From an uncultured Acidimicrobiaceae bacterium (GTDB lineage: Bacteria; Actinomycetota; Acidimicrobiia; Acidimicrobiales; Bog-793): a stretch of 64,000 nucleotides of DNA. The notes beneath the pieces were generated by a model. The model did not search any database. It had not been told where the DNA came from and was given only the letters and a program-made list of their open reading frames with translations. The first letter of the stretch is position 1. Every line of letters starts with the position of its first letter. Both the position numbers and the translations under genes were made by a program. Below, one piece after another: positions 60,367 through 64,000 of the stretch. The DNA lies in assembly GCA_963785415.1 (NCBI GenBank), contig CAWAVB010000001.1, positions 1,187,922-1,251,921 of the forward strand. Reading direction: 5' to 3'.

Positions 60367-60792
60367 GTCTTAGCGACCTTTCTATGGACTAACGCCAGAG
60401 ACCGACTTACACGTGCACGATTCAGCTCCGCGGACAGAAAAGCCCTCGGACCACCCGCAACCTATCAGATGGCGCACCGGCGGGGGAGGGACAAAGCTCG
60501 GATCGGCCACCAGGTCGCCGTCAGCGCGGTACGTGTTTTCCCAGGTGGACACCGCCGATGACGGCTCGTGCACTCGCGCGGTCCGGCCTGTTGTGATCCC
60601 CGGCGCGTCGCTCGCCAACGTCGGCTCGGGCGTCCATCTCCAGAGACTCCGTCCAGGGGGCGCGTCGCGATCGCAATGGGGCGCATCGGTCATCCACCAG
60701 GGCCAGATCCGCCAGGAATTTCCGGCCCGCCGCCACCGTCGCCGCGAATCCGGCACCGAGAGGCGCCACTCCTCCCGCGTCGCCGGGTCACG

Positions 60793-60829
60793 CTCTGACG
60801 AGCGCCCGTCACAAAACGGCTCGTCAGAG
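60793..60829 (-). terminator. 11-bp perfect stem / 15-nt loop hairpin about 55 nt downstream of the OppF-like gene
   Basis: ctctgacgagc-(15 nt)-gctcgtcagag read directly. Confidence 0.35.
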
Positions 60830-60881
60830 CCCCGTGCCGTCGCGCGACTCCGACGGCAGCTCGCGCGACGGAGTTGGAAAC

Positions 60882-61951
<1,070 letters not shown>

Positions 61952-61955
<4 letters not shown>

Positions 61956-63073
61956 TTCCGGTGTCCTTTCGCTGCGTCCGCCTTCACCGGGGTGTCGGGC
62001 AGGACGAACGGGCAGGCCGACATATGGGTGAGATCGCCCTCTCCGGCGATCTGCGCGAGACGCATGTCGATTCCCGTGCAGGCCTCGGTCGCGTACGAGC
62101 AGCGTGGGACGAACGGGCAACCCGGGGGCAGGTCACGCAGGTCAGGCGGCGAGCCCGGGATGCCCGCCAACTCCACCCGGGGTCCGTGCAGCGCGGGAAA
62201 CGAGTGCAATAGACCCCGCGTGTACGGGTGCGCCGGACGGTGGTGGATCGCCTGCGAGGTTCCGACCTCGACGAGCTGACCGGCATACATGATGGCGATC
62301 CGGTCTGCGATCTCGAGCAGGAGCGACAGGTCGTGGGTGATGAAGAGAATCGAGAAACCGAGCCGCTCCTTCAGCTCCACGATCTGCGAGAGGATCTCGC
62401 GCTGCACGACGACGTCGAGCGCCGTCGTCGGCTCGTCCATGATCACGATCTCCGGGTCGACGGCGAGCGCCATCGCGATCATCACCCGCTGCCGCATCCC
62501 GCCGGAGAGCTCGTGGGGGTAGCTCCGGAGACGGTCGCGGGGGATCCCGACGAAGTCGAGCAGCGACGCCGCACGCTCATGACGCTCGGCGTGGTCCATC
62601 GGGAGGTGGGCCTCGATGACGTCTTCGAGCTGTTCCTGGACCTTCAGCACCGGGTTCAGGGCGTTCATCGCGCTCTGGAAGACGATGGCGATCTCCCGCC
62701 AGCGCAGTGTCCGCAGTTCCGAGATCGACTGCTCGAGTACCGCGACGCCCTCCGCGCCGACCCGGCGACCGCGATAGGTCACGTCACCGGCGGTGATGAT
62801 CGCCGGCGGGCGCAGCAGCCGCACGGAGCCGTAGGCGAGGGTCGACTTGCCCGATCCGCTCTCCCCGACGAGCCCGACGATCTCCCCCGGCATGAGCGCA
62901 AGGTCGACGTTCTCCACGGCCCGGACATCGCCCGCGAGCGACCGGTAAACGATCGACAGCCCCCGGATGTCGAGAACGGGCAGGGATGCACCCGGAGTCG
63001 GCTTGACGGGAACCGAGGGAGACGCGGAGGCGAGCTCGCTCTCCAGGTCGACGCCAGCGTCGGCGTGCCTCAC
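61952..63073 (-). CDS. Opp/Dpp-family ABC transporter ATP-binding protein (OppD/DppD-like)
   Basis: [24 protein letters not shown] and [18 protein letters not shown] overlap with the permease stop. Confidence 0.9.
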
Positions 63074-64000
63074 GTGATCCCTCCTTGATCGCTCTGGACG
63101 CCTGCGGCGCGCGAGGCACCCGACACCGTCCCTCCGGCGTCACCGGCCACCGCAAGCGACGACGTCGCCAGGGCTGGGGCGAACCCGCCGGGAGAACGGC
63201 GAGCCTCGCGCACGACCGGCGTCGGGTCCGATGGCCGCCAGGGGCGCCCGGCGATCTTCTGCCGGTGCGCCGCGTCGCGAAGGCGCGGATTGCCGAGCTC
63301 GTCGAGCCCGAAGTTCAAAAGGACGAGGCCCATCCCGAACACCGCAACGGTCAATCCCGGCGGGATGTACCACCACCAGGTGCCGACGATGATCGCATTC
63401 TGGTTCTGCACCCAGTACAGCATCGACCCGAGGCTCCAGGTCGACAGATCCCCGAGTCCGAGGAAGGTCAGGGCGACCGAGGTCAGCACGGCGTAGAGGA
63501 CGGTACCGACGAAGCTCGCCGCAATGAGGCTGACCTCGTTCGGCAGCAGCTCGAAGAAGATGATCCGCCACGTTCGTTCACCGGTCTCCCGGGACGCGCC
63601 GATGAAGTCCCTGCCGCGCAGCGACATGGTCTGGGCCCGAATGACTCGCGCCCCCCAGGGCCAGCCGAGGATGCTGAGCACGAAAGCGGTGACGAGGTTC
63701 CCGGCGTTCGGCAGGTAGCCGAAGATGACGACGAGGAGCGGAAGGGCCGGCAGGACGAGGAAGACGTTGCTCAGCAACGACAGGCCCTCATCGGCGTAGC
63801 CCCCGAGGAAACCGGCCGACACGCCCACGACGACCGAGAGGAAGGTGGCGATCACTCCAGCGGTCAGCCCGATGACGACGGTCGATCGGACGCTGACGAG
63901 CAACTGGGAGAGCACGTCCTGGCCGTAGGTCGTCGTCCCGAGGAGGTGGGACCAGTTCGGCGGCCGCGCGATGTCGCTCGTCGAGAAAAGGCGCGACGGG
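63070..64000 (-). CDS. Opp/Dpp-family ABC permease (DppC-like); 5' end beyond the right edge
   Basis: My translation upstream of the track Met continues ...HLLGTTTYGQDVLSQLLVSVRS, the typical DppC N-terminal motif, so the gene runs off the window. It has an unusual C-terminal tail of about 70 aa. Confidence 0.85.
   Translation of the reverse strand, partial: PSRLFSTSDIARPPNWSHLLGTTTYGQDVLSQLLVSVRSTVVIGLTAGVIATFLSVVVGVSAGFLGGYADEGLSLLSNVFLVLPALPLLVVIFGYLPNAGNLVTAFVLSILGWPWGARVIRAQTMSLRGRDFIGASRETGERTWRIIFFELLPNEVSLIAASFVGTVLYAVLTSVALTFLGLGDLSTWSLGSMLYWVQNQNAIIVGTWWWYIPPGLTVAVFGMGLVLLNFGLDELGNPRLRDAAHRQKIAGRPWRPSDPTPVVREARRSPGGFAPALATSSLAVAGDAGGTVSGASRAAGVQSDQGGIT

Overview
This is a very GC-rich (about 70% by eye), densely coding chromosomal segment. 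I found no rRNA, tRNA, CRISPR array or mobile element. Synteny points to an Actinomycetota-like core region: mfd-mazG-eno-ftsB-DUF501/ppx, glmU-prs-rplY-pth, an Rpf-type transglycosylase and a mycobacterial-type LexA box. Many long ORFs in the supplied track are Arg/Pro/Ser-rich off-frame artefacts of the high GC content; I called genes from motif content and third-position GC.

Contents, left to right:
- a type B carboxylesterase (partial)
- a RipA-like NlpC/P60 hydrolase, a GNAT and a three-gene glycosyltransferase cluster
- a DUF501-Ppx fusion, an Rpf-like protein, ftsB, eno, mazG, a PpiC lipoprotein and mfd
- pth, rplY, prs, a short glmU-like gene, an M20 peptidase, an AKR and two PPOX/F420-type proteins
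- an EamA exporter coupled to a PLP decarboxylase, and an amino-acid ABC importer
- a LexA-box-controlled two-gene cassette of unknown function
- S4, nitrilase-superfamily, GNAT and DUF2254 genes, then cydABDC
- a 9.4-kb seven-gene Hdr/MvhD-type iron-sulfur flavoprotein operon
- a GH94/GH1 cellodextrin locus served by an Opp/Dpp-family ABC transporter

The most interesting item is the duplicated HdrA/HdrB/HdrC/MvhD operon (44362-53751, minus strand). It includes a giant HdrA with an inserted GltD/NfnB-like NAD(P)H module and has no hydrogenase, formate dehydrogenase, Qmo/Dsr or lipoate partner in view. Second is a perfect 34-bp palindrome carrying TCGAAC-N4-GTTCGA in front of two uncharacterised ORFs.

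Caution: two genes (eno and hdrA1-mvhD) need a 1-nt frame correction, and three conserved N-termini (pth, hdrA2, hdrB) lack ATG/GTG/TTG starts. The sequence may therefore contain assembly errors, or these are real recoding or non-canonical initiation events.
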